Below, one piece after another: positions 36,533 to 46,602 of a stretch of 64,000 nucleotides of DNA. The position numbers were made by a program, and so were the translations under genes. The DNA comes from Escherichia phage GADS24: sequence record OQ703618.1. One strand, written 5' to 3'. The notes under the pieces were generated by a model that was not told the origin of the DNA, did not search any database, and saw nothing but the letters and a program-made list of their open reading frames with translations. The first letter of the stretch is position 1. Each line of letters opens with the position of its first letter.

Positions 36533-37689
36533 TCCGGGTACCTCAAAGCGTCGTCAGAGTTAGTTATATCAATAATAGATATAGAATTTTCTGATAACCC
36601 ATTTTTAGATAACTGACGTTTATAATATCTTTCACAATATGTACACGTCGTCCCGCAGATTTCATTAGCACAATCGAAATCTGGATGTCTGAACCACCTT
36701 TTTTCTAAAAAGCCGTCTAACAAAGAGGTTTCAATATTTACCGTATGTGAAAACTCGGTCTCATTTTCAAGAGTGAAAATGGTCTCTAAAGGCTTCCACA
36801 GTTCTAACAAATTACCTTCAAACTTTTCAGAAGCGTATGCTTCAAGAACTTTCAAAATGTAGTCTGTGCTACCTGTACGTCCTGAAACTTTGAATTGAGT
36901 GATACCAATATCATTATAAAGTTTCAAATCTTGTGGACGAACAAAACGAGTTCTCAACCAGTTAAATGGGTCTGTATCACGAGCTTTAATACAGTGCTGC
37001 ATAGGATATCCATTTAAGGATTTAGCATCATCAGCTGTAACATCAGTACTATGGAAAATATAGCAAGAGTCACGATAGCTACAATGTGTTGTATACCCTT
37101 TACCAGCATTAGAACAGAACTCATTTACAAGAACTTCAAATATTATATTGTTCTTATTGCAAAACTCTGCTGCACGCTTCAGGAAAGAAACTGAACGGTT
37201 CTTATGAATTCCACAGCAGACCTTTTTGATATTATACTGGTCATGTAAGTATTTGATTTGAGTTACAGCATCGACATGTAAAATTGTTGAAACTTCAATC
37301 TCAATGTCTTTATTGACTTCACGAACAATTTCCATAACAACAGGGTTAGCGATAGTAATACGCCATACGCCTATTGACCAAAGATACTGAACATAATCCT
37401 GAATAGCTTTCTTCTTCCACTCAACTAGTTCTCTTTTTGAACCGGGATTTATCGTGTTGAGTGTATAGTTAAAGCAAATACCTAATTCGTTACAACGTTT
37501 AACGTAATCTTCTAACATCTTTTTGTCAACGTCAGGAAGCCTAAAATCAGGTCTGGCTGCTACAAAAGCCATTTCTCTTGTAGAGCCGTATACTTCGTTT
37601 ATCAAGCTATTAGGATAAGTTTTATTGAGCTCTACGATTTTATCAAGAAGAGCTAAATCAAAATTCGTTCCGATTTTAAAAGTATTCAT
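36529..37689 (-). CDS. Cys-rich TIM-barrel-like enzyme, peptidase-U32-like (putative Fe-S protein), about 386 aa
   Basis: N-terminal pattern resembling U32 proteins (..EVYGS..ARPDF..ICFNYTLNT), central EVLVNEFCSNAGKGYTTHCSY, C-terminal CGTTCTYC (CxxxCxxC); trimmed to first ATG. Confidence 0.55.
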   Translation of the reverse strand: MNTFKIGTNFDLALLDKIVELNKTYPNSLINEVYGSTREMAFVAARPDFRLPDVDKKMLEDYVKRCNELGICFNYTLNTINPGSKRELVEWKKKAIQDYVQYLWSIGVWRITIANPVVMEIVREVNKDIEIEVSTILHVDAVTQIKYLHDQYNIKKVCCGIHKNRSVSFLKRAAEFCNKNNIIFEVLVNEFCSNAGKGYTTHCSYRDSCYIFHSTDVTADDAKSLNGYPMQHCIKARDTDPFNWLRTRFVRPQDLKLYNDIGITQFKVSGRTGSTDYILKVLEAYASEKFEGNLLELWKPLETIFTLENETEFSHTVNIETSLLDGFLEKRWFRHPDFDCANEICGTTCTYCERYYKRQLSKNGLSENSISIIDITNSDDALRYPE

Positions 37690-37748
37690 TTTTTTTTTGC
37701 ATCTCACGTTAATTGACGCGATGGTTTTTGCAGGTCTTACTTAAATTA

Positions 37749-38150
37749 TTATAGATTCGGTTTATATGATTTAAATGTTTCGAATTCGCCTTTATTCATA
37801 AGAGCTTTGAATTCGTCGGGACGCATAGCTTTGTCGTCGATAATCCAATCATATACTGGTTTATGTGTTAGCAAATTATGGTACTTCAAGCCAATGTTTG
37901 CCAAGTTCTGAATAAGACTTGGGAGAATGTCAATTGCTATACGACCAGGACCTACTGACTTCATACCGCGAGCAGTGTAAAGCGTTATGGTATGCCCTGC
38001 ATCATACAGGGCATTAATGGCAGACACCATTTCGACGTCTGGTTTGAAGTTCACGTAATCACGATTGTTATTCCACTCTGTTATACAATCATCGACATCA
38101 AAACAAAGATTAAGCATGTTTTCTACACGGTGCATTAGATTCGTTCCCAT
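37749..38150 (-). CDS. HAD-superfamily phosphatase (KdsC-like sugar-phosphate phosphatase)
   Basis: 133 aa; motif I FDVDDCIT (DxDx[T/V]) near the N-terminus; overlaps the upstream gene. Confidence 0.65.
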   Translation of the reverse strand: MGTNLMHRVENMLNLCFDVDDCITEWNNNRDYVNFKPDVEMVSAINALYDAGHTITLYTARGMKSVGPGRIAIDILPSLIQNLANIGLKYHNLLTHKPVYDWIIDDKAMRPDEFKALMNKGEFETFKSYKPNL

Positions 38151-39820
38151 TGATGAGTGATATCGCCACCGATTGGACGATAGGAAACACCAGTTTCTTT
38201 ATCAGTTAGTACCCATTTACCAGGATTTTTTGTAATCAGAGTAGCCGTTACAGGTTCTGCCATGTCATAACTAATAGAGCCGTCCTGAAGTACACGGCCC
38301 ATGTTACGTAATTGCTTAGTCAGAAGTTCCATACCTTTATAATATGCGGCTACCGCTTTAAGTGGATTATTCTTGAAATAACCACCTAATGCAATCCAGA
38401 TAATTGCTACAGCCAAATGATGATACTCGTTAAATGAACTCATCTTTCCATATTTGTAAACTAATGGATTGATGTTAATAGTCACATTACAAGTTGTTTC
38501 ATCAATAGTAAACTGTCCCCAGGTCGGATTAGCGTTGAATTCATCATAACCTGAAACAGCATAAAGCACTTTAGCTTCATCGTACAATTTTGGCCCGTAA
38601 ATCTTGGTTTCGCCAAAATATCCACGAGGGTCGATAAACTTGACTTCGCCGTTATCAGTAATCATAGTATTACTGAAGTTCGGGTCACCGTGAATAACAG
38701 AGTACTGTCCCTGAGAACGGTTATGATAACGAATAAGGTGTTCTAAAGCTTGTTTCAGCATTGGCTTCAGACGCCCAATCTTAGTGTAGTTCACATGTGT
38801 GATTTTACCAAATGAATCAATCAATGGTTGAATACTTTCACAACGATCAATAACTTTCGTATAGAATTCTTTAGTGAAATCACGACGAACAGTTTCAGGA
38901 CTTACAAAATAAGTGTCTGTGCTGAATTTCAGTGCATCTAAAATTGCATCAACAATTTGTGGACGAGCAAGACTCGATTTAGATTTAATATATTCAAATG
39001 CCGGCTTACCTTTAATGCGTTCCATTTCAAAGTTATTTTCATTAACAGAAACTAACTGAGGAACTGAATCTGATTTCACTTTAAGATACCATGAAATCTC
39101 ATCTTTCTGAAGAGCTCGTCCCTGTTCGGTTAATGCGAATTTAGTTACAGTTTCTTCACCAATTTCAACTGCATTAAAACTACGATTAAGTTCACGAACT
39201 TCATGAGCTTTTTCAAGTTTAGGCATATCACCTAAATCAATTAGATTCATAAGCTCTGATTTATTGAATGCGCCGCTGTAAAGGAATTCTACGAAATCAC
39301 GTCCTTTGCAGTATTCATGAATTTCCTCATCAGTAGAACCCATATAGAATTCCCAGTCTTTGAATTGATAAATTCCTACAACATTACCACCTGTTGAACC
39401 TACGTTAGTGATATTTTCACCGTCGAAATTATATCGACATTCGTCACCCTTAACATAGATTGCGTTAACATTCCAAGACCATGAACCAAAATCAGGAATA
39501 ATATCACACCAGTTAACAATTACATTATGGCCGTCTAAATCTTTGTGTAATTTAGCAAGAGCATAAGCGGAACCATATGCTTCATCAACTGTACGAATAG
39601 TCACATTGAACCCTTCTTGCTCACAATAAGCTCGAACAGTTTCAGCAAATTTTGAATGAACTACTACAATAATTTCATCTGCGCCAAGGTCAGAATAAAT
39701 TGTATACAAATTGCTCAGAATAGTGTCTTGTTTATAGTTAACAAGCACCTTAGGAATATGATGCGTTATTGGATACAAACGAGTTGCCAGTCCAGCACCA
39801 AGAATAACAGCTTTTTTCAT
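38135..39820 (-). CDS. Bifunctional sugar-1-phosphate nucleotidyltransferase (N-terminal) / sugar kinase (C-terminal)
   Basis: 561 aa; N-terminal ILGAGLATRLYPIT..PKVLV (RmlA/GlmU-type G-x-G-x-R); C-terminal HGDPNFSNTMI..FIDPRGYFG resembling APH/choline-kinase catalytic loop. Confidence 0.7.
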   Translation of the reverse strand: MKKAVILGAGLATRLYPITHHIPKVLVNYKQDTILSNLYTIYSDLGADEIIVVVHSKFAETVRAYCEQEGFNVTIRTVDEAYGSAYALAKLHKDLDGHNVIVNWCDIIPDFGSWSWNVNAIYVKGDECRYNFDGENITNVGSTGGNVVGIYQFKDWEFYMGSTDEEIHEYCKGRDFVEFLYSGAFNKSELMNLIDLGDMPKLEKAHEVRELNRSFNAVEIGEETVTKFALTEQGRALQKDEISWYLKVKSDSVPQLVSVNENNFEMERIKGKPAFEYIKSKSSLARPQIVDAILDALKFSTDTYFVSPETVRRDFTKEFYTKVIDRCESIQPLIDSFGKITHVNYTKIGRLKPMLKQALEHLIRYHNRSQGQYSVIHGDPNFSNTMITDNGEVKFIDPRGYFGETKIYGPKLYDEAKVLYAVSGYDEFNANPTWGQFTIDETTCNVTININPLVYKYGKMSSFNEYHHLAVAIIWIALGGYFKNNPLKAVAAYYKGMELLTKQLRNMGRVLQDGSISYDMAEPVTATLITKNPGKWVLTDKETGVSYRPIGGDITHQWERI

Positions 39821-39861
39821 GTTGTGGTCCTCATTGGTAAGTAGGAGTATTGTACACTATT

Positions 39862-40005
39862 CTAGTTAAAGCATTCATACTTTGCTTGTAGTCCAATCAT
39901 AATCCATCCAATTACAAGTGTTGGAATCATTACTGGAGCCGTTAAGCTCCAGTAGATAGTCATGACAAGCATCAATAGTAAAAGTCCTATTGTTATTGCT
40001 TTCAT
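39862..40005 (-). CDS. Small hydrophobic peptide (47 aa)
   Basis: ATG overlaps the stop of the isomerase gene (ATGA); translation MKAITIGLLLLMLVMTIYWSLTAPVMIPTLVIGWIMIGL; below ORF-track cutoff. Confidence 0.3.
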   Translation of the reverse strand: MKAITIGLLLLMLVMTIYWSLTAPVMIPTLVIGWIMIGLQAKYECFN

Positions 40006-40637
40006 TGTTCGCCTCGTAACATGGCACCTAGTGCACCACCAGGGTGGAACTTAAGGAAGTCATTAGAGGTAAATCCACGTTCAGACGAAAGGTTGATAGC
40101 GAACGTATCGATAAGCGCTAACAACAATGTAGTAGACATTGTCGGAGCTAAAGAGTTCTCGTCAACTTCTACCGCGATGCCTGTACAGAAAGAGTAATCA
40201 AAAAGGGCTTCATTTTCTTGCGGAATGTCAGGGTTACAATGTAACAGAATCTGTTTAACCTGAGGACGAATCATACGAAGATGTTTAGCAACACCTATCA
40301 TTTCTTCGGTTTTACCAGAACGACTAATATGAATCAACACATCATTAGGCGCAATGAATCCTGCATCACCGTGAGAATAATGCCCAGTGTTCAAGTACAT
40401 ACTCGGGATACCGAGTGAAGCAAATGTCTCAGAAGCTTTAGTTGCAATATTAGCATTCTTACCAACACCTGTAATAATTACTCGGCTTTCATAATTACTA
40501 AGTCCTGGGCGTCGAAGAGTTTCTAGAATAGCATTATAACGAGCAGGGTTTTGACTAATTACTTTGGCCATAGTAGCCAAAGAAGAAGCTTGTTTTACGA
40601 TTGCGTCAATAGCGATAGTAATAGGAGTAGTTTTCAT
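40002..40637 (-). CDS. SIS-domain sugar-phosphate isomerase (KdsD/GutQ-like arabinose-5-phosphate isomerase)
   Basis: 211 aa; SIS motifs ITGVGKNANIA and SRSGKTEE, C-terminal FHPGGALG as in API enzymes. Confidence 0.75.
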   Translation of the reverse strand: MKTTPITIAIDAIVKQASSLATMAKVISQNPARYNAILETLRRPGLSNYESRVIITGVGKNANIATKASETFASLGIPSMYLNTGHYSHGDAGFIAPNDVLIHISRSGKTEEMIGVAKHLRMIRPQVKQILLHCNPDIPQENEALFDYSFCTGIAVEVDENSLAPTMSTTLLLALIDTFAINLSSERGFTSNDFLKFHPGGALGAMLRGEQ

Positions 40638-40677
40638 ATTTCTCTCATTTAATTAGTTTACCGTCCATGGTATTATA

Positions 40678-43389
40678 TCAAAAATCGAACATATCGAACA
40701 GAGATGCTTTCTTCTCGTAATCGAGTTTCGCCGCTGATGTGAATCCTTCAAGTGGTTTAATAAATGTCTTCTCAAGGAGAACAGTGTAGTCCATCCAATG
40801 AAGTACGTCGTCTTTAATTAAATCTGTGATTTCAGTACCAGAAGGCCATGCGATACATTTATCACCGAATGGGTTTCCTTCACGTAAAGGCAGAACATAT
40901 ACTTTTTCACCTTCTACAACTTGCGGTGCATCGATATTACCTTTGATAGCTCTGTTATATGTCAGAATTCCACGAATATGGAACGGACATTTAGGACCAG
41001 GGAATCCACCAACGTCATATTTAGCAATGTTATTCGCAGAAGATACCGACGCGATGCTAATATAATTCAATTGACGGAATTCTTTTTCAAACTCTTTAAA
41101 ATATTCTTGTAATGATTCTTCACCTTCTTGAAGCATACGGCGAATACATTCTTTAAGAGCTTTCTGTACTGCTTTAGGGGTCGAAGATTTCTGAGTCTCT
41201 AGACCCATGATTTTGAGTTTAGGCTCAGCGTAACGAGTACCTTCCATATCCCACACGTTTAATGCATAACGTTTCTTACCAGTCCAGAATCCACCAATAC
41301 CTTTAGAACCGAGTGGAGGACCAGCGATAGCTTCTCGGTCCATGAACATTAAGTGTTGTTTATTGTTCATGTATTCACACATTTCACGGAAACCTCTATC
41401 AATAGCTGGTTCCATACGTTCACGTGCAAACTTATCTAAGAAGTCTACCCAATGGTTGGTATCACGGAATTTAGATTCACCAACCTTATCAATAATTTTA
41501 TCAGCAGATACGTAAATAGAGTCTGTATCACCATAAAGAACGAAAGCTTCACCTTCTGTGCCACAAACTTCATTCAGATATTCATTAACTTTACGTTCAA
41601 TCCACTGTAAAGCCATTTGCCCGAATGTTGTGATTGCAGTAGCATTACGCAAATCATAATAACGGAACCAAACGTTGCCAAGTGCACCATAAAGTGAGTT
41701 GATAAGCAATTTACGGTTAATTTGGGCAGTCATACCTGCAACTTCAGTACGTTGAGCTCTAAACAACATTTCATTAAGAGATTTAGCAGACAACTTTTTA
41801 ATCTTTTCTTTAATCTCATCACTGAAGTCGAAACGATAATCAACATCTAACGGTTCGTCAACAGAAAGATTAGGATTATGCAATGCCTCTTTAATTATTT
41901 CACCGTTACGTTGAGCCGCAAGCATATAACCTTTATGTTCTTTACGTTGATTAAAGACTTTAGTGATTTCAGTTGGAACAACACCGTCACGGTCTTTATA
42001 ATACATCATGCCGTTAGGAGAACAACTGTACACATCAGAAGGTCGTTCAGCAACAGCGTTAATATAATCATGCAATGGAGCTACTTTAAACGTTCCTGCT
42101 ATTGTTTCTGGGCTAATATTCACTTGGCGAATAATACTTGGATACAGAGATGTGAGGTCGAAGCTCATCACATATTTGTATCGATTTGGAATAGGTTCCT
42201 TAACAAAAGCGCCAGGATAAGGTTGAACCGGATGAGAACGACCTTGTGGAATCACCTTGTTCTGCTCTTTAAGGCTATTAAAAATAATAGCATCCCATGT
42301 TTTAATAGGGCTAAACACAGATTGAATCTGTATCTTAGCATAATAACCCATGTCCAAGCTCAAGTTAATGAACTGACGTTTACCATCAATTTGCAATACA
42401 CGATACACGTCGATAATGTTATAAGAAATATATCGTTGGTGATTGCTTTCACGAAGCTTAGAAATAGGGCCGTCATATTTCAGTTTACCAACGTTCAATT
42501 CAAATTCTGAAATGTAATCCAGAGAATACGACGGTTGATTAGTAAAAGAGAATTTTTTGTAAAGGTCAATGTAATCAAGAACAGAGATACCGAACAATGT
42601 AATGATTTCACGAGAACCATACATGTTTTCGATAACTTTAACACGTGTTTTACGATGCGGTGATAAACGTTTCGCAGTAGATTCGCCAAAAATATTCTTG
42701 ATTCGGTTATACACATATGGAATATCAAATGACTCAACGTTCCATCCAGTCAAAATGACAGGAGTTTTCTGTTGCCAGAAGTTGAGATATTCCATCAACA
42801 ATTCTTTTTCATTATCGAACGGCATATAAACGATTTTGTCGATAATTTCGGATGGAACTTCATCACCACCTTGTTCTTGAAGCTTAGCAGCAATTTCGAT
42901 AGACCATTCTTCCACATTACCATATGGAGAATTCAAAAGGTCAAATACGTAGAACCTGTCGTCAATTGAGTCATAATGGGTGATAGCATCAATTGGATGT
43001 TTTGCTTGTGACGGCTCAGGGAACCCGTCTGGAGATGTTACTTCGATGTCGAAGTTAGCCACACGAATTTTTGTATGGTCGTATTTGATTTCATAGTTAT
43101 AAGTGTCAGACAAATACGCCAATTTGAAATCGTCCATGCCAAGTGCTTCAAGTCCGATATCTTCCATGCGTTTAATCCATTGGGAGGCATCACGCATATT
43201 GGCGAACAACTTACGAGTACACGGCTTACCGTAGATATCGAAATATTTCGTAGCCTGACTTTCCGGACAATGAGCAAACAGTGATGGTTTATATTCTACT
43301 TCACGAGTACGTTCACGGCCATTAGAATCGATGTAACGTTCAAAAATTGAATCACCAATCTGTTCAACCGTTAAGTAAAATTCTTTCAT
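40678..43389 (-). CDS. 43: DNA polymerase gp43 (family B)
   Basis: 903 aa; exo motifs FDIEV, pol motifs DTDS and KxxxNSxYG; N-terminus MKEFYLTVEQIGDSIFERYIDSNGRERTREVEYKPSLFAHCPE matches recalled RB69 polymerase. Confidence 0.95.
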   Translation of the reverse strand: MKEFYLTVEQIGDSIFERYIDSNGRERTREVEYKPSLFAHCPESQATKYFDIYGKPCTRKLFANMRDASQWIKRMEDIGLEALGMDDFKLAYLSDTYNYEIKYDHTKIRVANFDIEVTSPDGFPEPSQAKHPIDAITHYDSIDDRFYVFDLLNSPYGNVEEWSIEIAAKLQEQGGDEVPSEIIDKIVYMPFDNEKELLMEYLNFWQQKTPVILTGWNVESFDIPYVYNRIKNIFGESTAKRLSPHRKTRVKVIENMYGSREIITLFGISVLDYIDLYKKFSFTNQPSYSLDYISEFELNVGKLKYDGPISKLRESNHQRYISYNIIDVYRVLQIDGKRQFINLSLDMGYYAKIQIQSVFSPIKTWDAIIFNSLKEQNKVIPQGRSHPVQPYPGAFVKEPIPNRYKYVMSFDLTSLYPSIIRQVNISPETIAGTFKVAPLHDYINAVAERPSDVYSCSPNGMMYYKDRDGVVPTEITKVFNQRKEHKGYMLAAQRNGEIIKEALHNPNLSVDEPLDVDYRFDFSDEIKEKIKKLSAKSLNEMLFRAQRTEVAGMTAQINRKLLINSLYGALGNVWFRYYDLRNATAITTFGQMALQWIERKVNEYLNEVCGTEGEAFVLYGDTDSIYVSADKIIDKVGESKFRDTNHWVDFLDKFARERMEPAIDRGFREMCEYMNNKQHLMFMDREAIAGPPLGSKGIGGFWTGKKRYALNVWDMEGTRYAEPKLKIMGLETQKSSTPKAVQKALKECIRRMLQEGEESLQEYFKEFEKEFRQLNYISIASVSSANNIAKYDVGGFPGPKCPFHIRGILTYNRAIKGNIDAPQVVEGEKVYVLPLREGNPFGDKCIAWPSGTEITDLIKDDVLHWMDYTVLLEKTFIKPLEGFTSAAKLDYEKKASLFDMFDF

Positions 43390-43449
43390 TTAATTTCCTT
43401 TAGACGAGTTATTGTCTTTTGTTTGTTGATGAACTTATTATACTCCAAA

Positions 43450-43465
43450 TGGGACCGAAGTCCCA
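43450..43465 (-). terminator. UUCG-loop hairpin between regA and gene 43 (weak terminator or RNA element)
   Basis: UGGGAC-UUCG-GUCCCA followed only by TTTGG. Confidence 0.3.
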
Positions 43466-43470
43466 TTGCT

Positions 43471-43848
43471 TTAATTACCAATTGTATATTTTGCTTTCAA
43501 AGTCCAGTCATCTTTCTGTTTAAAAGAGATAACACGGAAGTTATTAGTCAGGCCAAACAGATCTTCACGAGCAGAGTCTTCAATAACAATCAATCCCCAG
43601 TCTTCAAGCAACTGAGCAATCGAATCACGTCGCTGATAGTCTTCACCATCAATATCAACCTGACGTCCGTCCATACGCAGCATTTCTTTAAAGTGGACGA
43701 TATAGTACTTACCTTGCTTTTGGAGGATATGACAAGACTGGTAAAGGACTTTATCCTTGTTATTAGCGATGCCCATACGGGTCAAAGTCTCTTTGACTTT
43801 CAGAAAATCTTCAGGGTTCTTCAATTTAATTTCAATCATTTTTACCAT
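43471..43848 (-). CDS. regA: Translational repressor RegA
   Basis: 125 aa; [43 protein letters not shown] matches recalled T4 RegA. Confidence 0.85.
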   Translation of the reverse strand: MVKMIEIKLKNPEDFLKVKETLTRMGIANNKDKVLYQSCHILQKQGKYYIVHFKEMLRMDGRQVDIDGEDYQRRDSIAQLLEDWGLIVIEDSAREDLFGLTNNFRVISFKQKDDWTLKAKYTIGN

Positions 43849-44405
43849 TCCAATGCTAATTTTTTAAATTGTTTTTGTTCTTTCACATTTTTTGTAACTT
43901 CTTTGAGAAACTCATCAGTGACCATGGCCTTCAGTTCTTTAAGGACTATTGGCAACTTGTTATTTTTTTCAAGGAGCCGCTTATACTCAGTAGCATCATT
44001 CATGTTGATTGTGTAACGTTTCATCAACAGTTTGATAACTAGTAACTCTGAAGTGTCTTCGACTAGTTTAGCCCATTTAGAGAATCGACGACCATGCGGA
44101 ATTGCCGCCATCATATAGTTGAAGTGCGCTTCATCACTTAATTCAGAACCGACTAAGTTCATCATGTAAACAGCTGGCATACATTCTGGGAACTGGGATA
44201 ATGAGTTCTCAACCATAAATTTTGAGTAGTCGACCTGAGCAATTGACATAGGTTTCTTTTCATTAATAGCATTAATGATTTTAAAGAATTCATTCTCAGG
44301 TTTTTCTTTAAACATATCAGCACATTTTTGAATCGCATCAGCGTCATTAGACTTCCATGCAATTTGGTGCTCGTTAAGCCGGACGTCATCATCGAATAAG
44401 TTCAT
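43842..44405 (-). CDS. 62: Clamp loader small subunit gp62
   Basis: 187 aa, as T4 gp62; between regA and 44. Confidence 0.8.
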   Translation of the reverse strand: MNLFDDDVRLNEHQIAWKSNDADAIQKCADMFKEKPENEFFKIINAINEKKPMSIAQVDYSKFMVENSLSQFPECMPAVYMMNLVGSELSDEAHFNYMMAAIPHGRRFSKWAKLVEDTSELLVIKLLMKRYTINMNDATEYKRLLEKNNKLPIVLKELKAMVTDEFLKEVTKNVKEQKQFKKLALEW

Positions 44406-44406
44406 A

Positions 44407-45369
44407 TTATTTCCAAGTCAGTTCGCAGGTCAGTTGAAGAAGCATATACATAACATGTAATTCAATATTACTTGCTAATCCATGAAACTTATTGTTTTCG
44501 CCTGCAATTTCATAAAGCGAAATAATACTTTTACCAGGTGCAACTTGGTCATAACATTCTGAAACTAATTTATCGATGAACCACGAATAATCTGCGGCAT
44601 ATTTTGGAGCTAATGCACGAAGCTGTTTGATATCTTTGTTCTTCATTGCTTCGATAACATCAGAGACTGTGCCACGGTCATTAGTTACGATAGACAAAAT
44701 ACCCGCATCAAGAACACCTTTAGACGAGTACTGGTCTAATTGACCAATTGTGCGACGAAAGTCTGGGAAGTTCTTTTTAACCAGAGCTGCAACAACTTTC
44801 ATATCAGCGATTTCGATATTTTCATTCTTACAGATTTCAACCATACGATGAATCATTTTCTTCATCATCGAGATTTTATCTTCTTCGGTTGGACGTCCGA
44901 ATTCGATAACTCGACAACGACTACGTAACGGTTCAATAATTCCATCGATGTTGTTAGCAGTAATAACAATAGAGCAGTTACTAGAGAATTCTTCCATAAA
45001 CGTACGAAGGTGACGTTGTGATTCGGCGAGGCCACTACGGTCAAATTCATCAATAACAATAACTTTAGGCTTACCTTCCATTGAGACTGAACGAGCGAAT
45101 GCGGTTAACGGACCCCGCACAAAATCAATCTTACAATCAGAACCGTTGACGAACATCATTTCGGCGTTGATATCATTACATAATGCTTTTGCTACGGTTG
45201 TTTTACCTGTACCAGGAGAAGGAGAGTGCAAAATAATATGAGGAAGTTTTCCTTTAGATACTAAAGACTTGAATGTTTCATGGTCATACGCAGGCAGAAT
45301 ACATTCGTCAATGGAAGAAGGACGATATTTCTGTTCTAGAATGTGTTCTTTGGAATTGATAGTAATCAT
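44407..45369 (-). CDS. 44: Clamp loader large subunit gp44 (AAA+ ATPase)
   Basis: 320 aa; Walker [11 protein letters not shown], DExD box VIVIDEFD. Confidence 0.9.
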   Translation of the reverse strand: MITINSKEHILEQKYRPSSIDECILPAYDHETFKSLVSKGKLPHIILHSPSPGTGKTTVAKALCNDINAEMMFVNGSDCKIDFVRGPLTAFARSVSMEGKPKVIVIDEFDRSGLAESQRHLRTFMEEFSSNCSIVITANNIDGIIEPLRSRCRVIEFGRPTEEDKISMMKKMIHRMVEICKNENIEIADMKVVAALVKKNFPDFRRTIGQLDQYSSKGVLDAGILSIVTNDRGTVSDVIEAMKNKDIKQLRALAPKYAADYSWFIDKLVSECYDQVAPGKSIISLYEIAGENNKFHGLASNIELHVMYMLLQLTCELTWK

Positions 45370-45444
45370 GTAATTTTCCTCATTATCATTAAACTGGAGG
45401 ATTTCTCCTCCATAATCGTATCACAATAAACGTAAAGCTTTGAC

Positions 45445-46131
45445 TTAGAAGTCGTGAGTAGAATCGGCTTCCATCGCAATAACATAACTTACTTGAGAGC
45501 TTTCAAACTTGGCTGCAACTTTATCACCAGCTCCCCACAACATTACTTTATAGTTACCTGGCTGGATTTTCATATTAGCCATATTGATTACGAAGTTAAA
45601 GTTGTTAGAACCATCATAATCGGTAAGAGTCAAAGAATACTTAGGACGAGTTAGTCCAGAATCTTCAACTTTATTATAGCCATTGATAACAATTTTACCA
45701 TCTTTATTTGTAATAGCAATTGTATCAATCTGAAGACCACGTGAAACTCGAAGCAATTGTTGAAGGTCTTCAGCTTTAATTTCAGTAATCACAGAAGCCA
45801 CTGGGAATTGAATTGGCTTATTAGGAAAAACAATGGTGCTCTTGTCAGCGGCAGGCCAATAAACTGTGGAACGTGTATCTGCAATTTTAATATTGCCATC
45901 AGTGTGCATTGAAATTTCAGCATCATCAGACACTAGACTCAAAATGCTTAAGAAGCTATTCAAATCATAAAGTGCTACGTCAAAATCAATTTCATCAGAG
46001 ATATTTGCTTCCGCATAAGTGGTGCCATTAACTGCACGAGTCATAATAAATTTACCTTGACTCAGCAGAATGCCAGAGTTAATAGAGGCAAAGTTTTTCA
46101 GAATAGCGATAGTATCTTTAGACAGTTTCAT
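45445..46131 (-). CDS. 45: Sliding clamp gp45
   Basis: 228 aa from ATG (track start is TTG); MKLSKDTIAILKNFASINSGI and C-terminal VIAMEADSTHDF match recalled T4 gp45. Confidence 0.9.
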   Translation of the reverse strand: MKLSKDTIAILKNFASINSGILLSQGKFIMTRAVNGTTYAEANISDEIDFDVALYDLNSFLSILSLVSDDAEISMHTDGNIKIADTRSTVYWPAADKSTIVFPNKPIQFPVASVITEIKAEDLQQLLRVSRGLQIDTIAITNKDGKIVINGYNKVEDSGLTRPKYSLTLTDYDGSNNFNFVINMANMKIQPGNYKVMLWGAGDKVAAKFESSQVSYVIAMEADSTHDF

Positions 46132-46173
46132 TTTATTTCCTTTCAAGACAATTCAAAGTTTATAACAAATTTA

Positions 46174-46590
46174 TTATGCAGCAACCATCTGCTTTTTAAT
46201 AGCTTCAGGCAGTGATTCAATATATTCTGGAATTTTAGAAGCAACAATTTCGCCAGCTGCAATTAGTTGTTCGTCGGCATCAACACAGTAGAGATCTTCC
46301 AGACGCTCAGAACCATCTTTATCAAGAACGATTTTTCCGCCGGCTTCAATAGAATCTTTATAGTGCTTACGCATCAGATGAATCCACATATCAGATACAT
46401 CGTTATCAATAAAACCATAAATCATAAAACGAGTTTCTTGTGGCAAAGATTGGAGTTTTTTAGCACTTGCGTCATCACAATGCAGGACCCATGCTTTACG
46501 AACACGATTATGGTTATGTGGGTTAGCGTCAGTACGGATAGAAGTAACTTTCAGATCAGCAGCAGTGAAACCTTTAGCAGTAGTAAACAT
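46174..46590 (-). CDS. rpbA: RNA polymerase binding protein RpbA-like
   Basis: 138 aa; assignment mainly by synteny (between 45 and 46). Confidence 0.55.
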   Translation of the reverse strand: MFTTAKGFTAADLKVTSIRTDANPHNHNRVRKAWVLHCDDASAKKLQSLPQETRFMIYGFIDNDVSDMWIHLMRKHYKDSIEAGGKIVLDKDGSERLEDLYCVDADEQLIAAGEIVASKIPEYIESLPEAIKKQMVAA

Positions 46591-46602
46591 ATTATTTCTC
46601 TC

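Noticed and set aside
40826-43284. Several plus-strand ORFs (up to 210 aa) inside the DNA polymerase gene
   Set aside because: Antisense to a 903 aa gene with unambiguous family B polymerase motifs; Leu/Ile/Phe/Asn-rich composition indicates spurious ORFs
43450-43465. Hairpin upstream of gene 43 as the gp43 translational operator
   Set aside because: It lies about 65 nt upstream of the start codon, not adjacent to the SD as in the T4 operator; more likely the regA terminator
43423-44016. 197 aa plus-strand ORF overlapping regA and gene 62
   Set aside because: Antisense to two recognised genes; no SD; hydrophobic low-complexity translation
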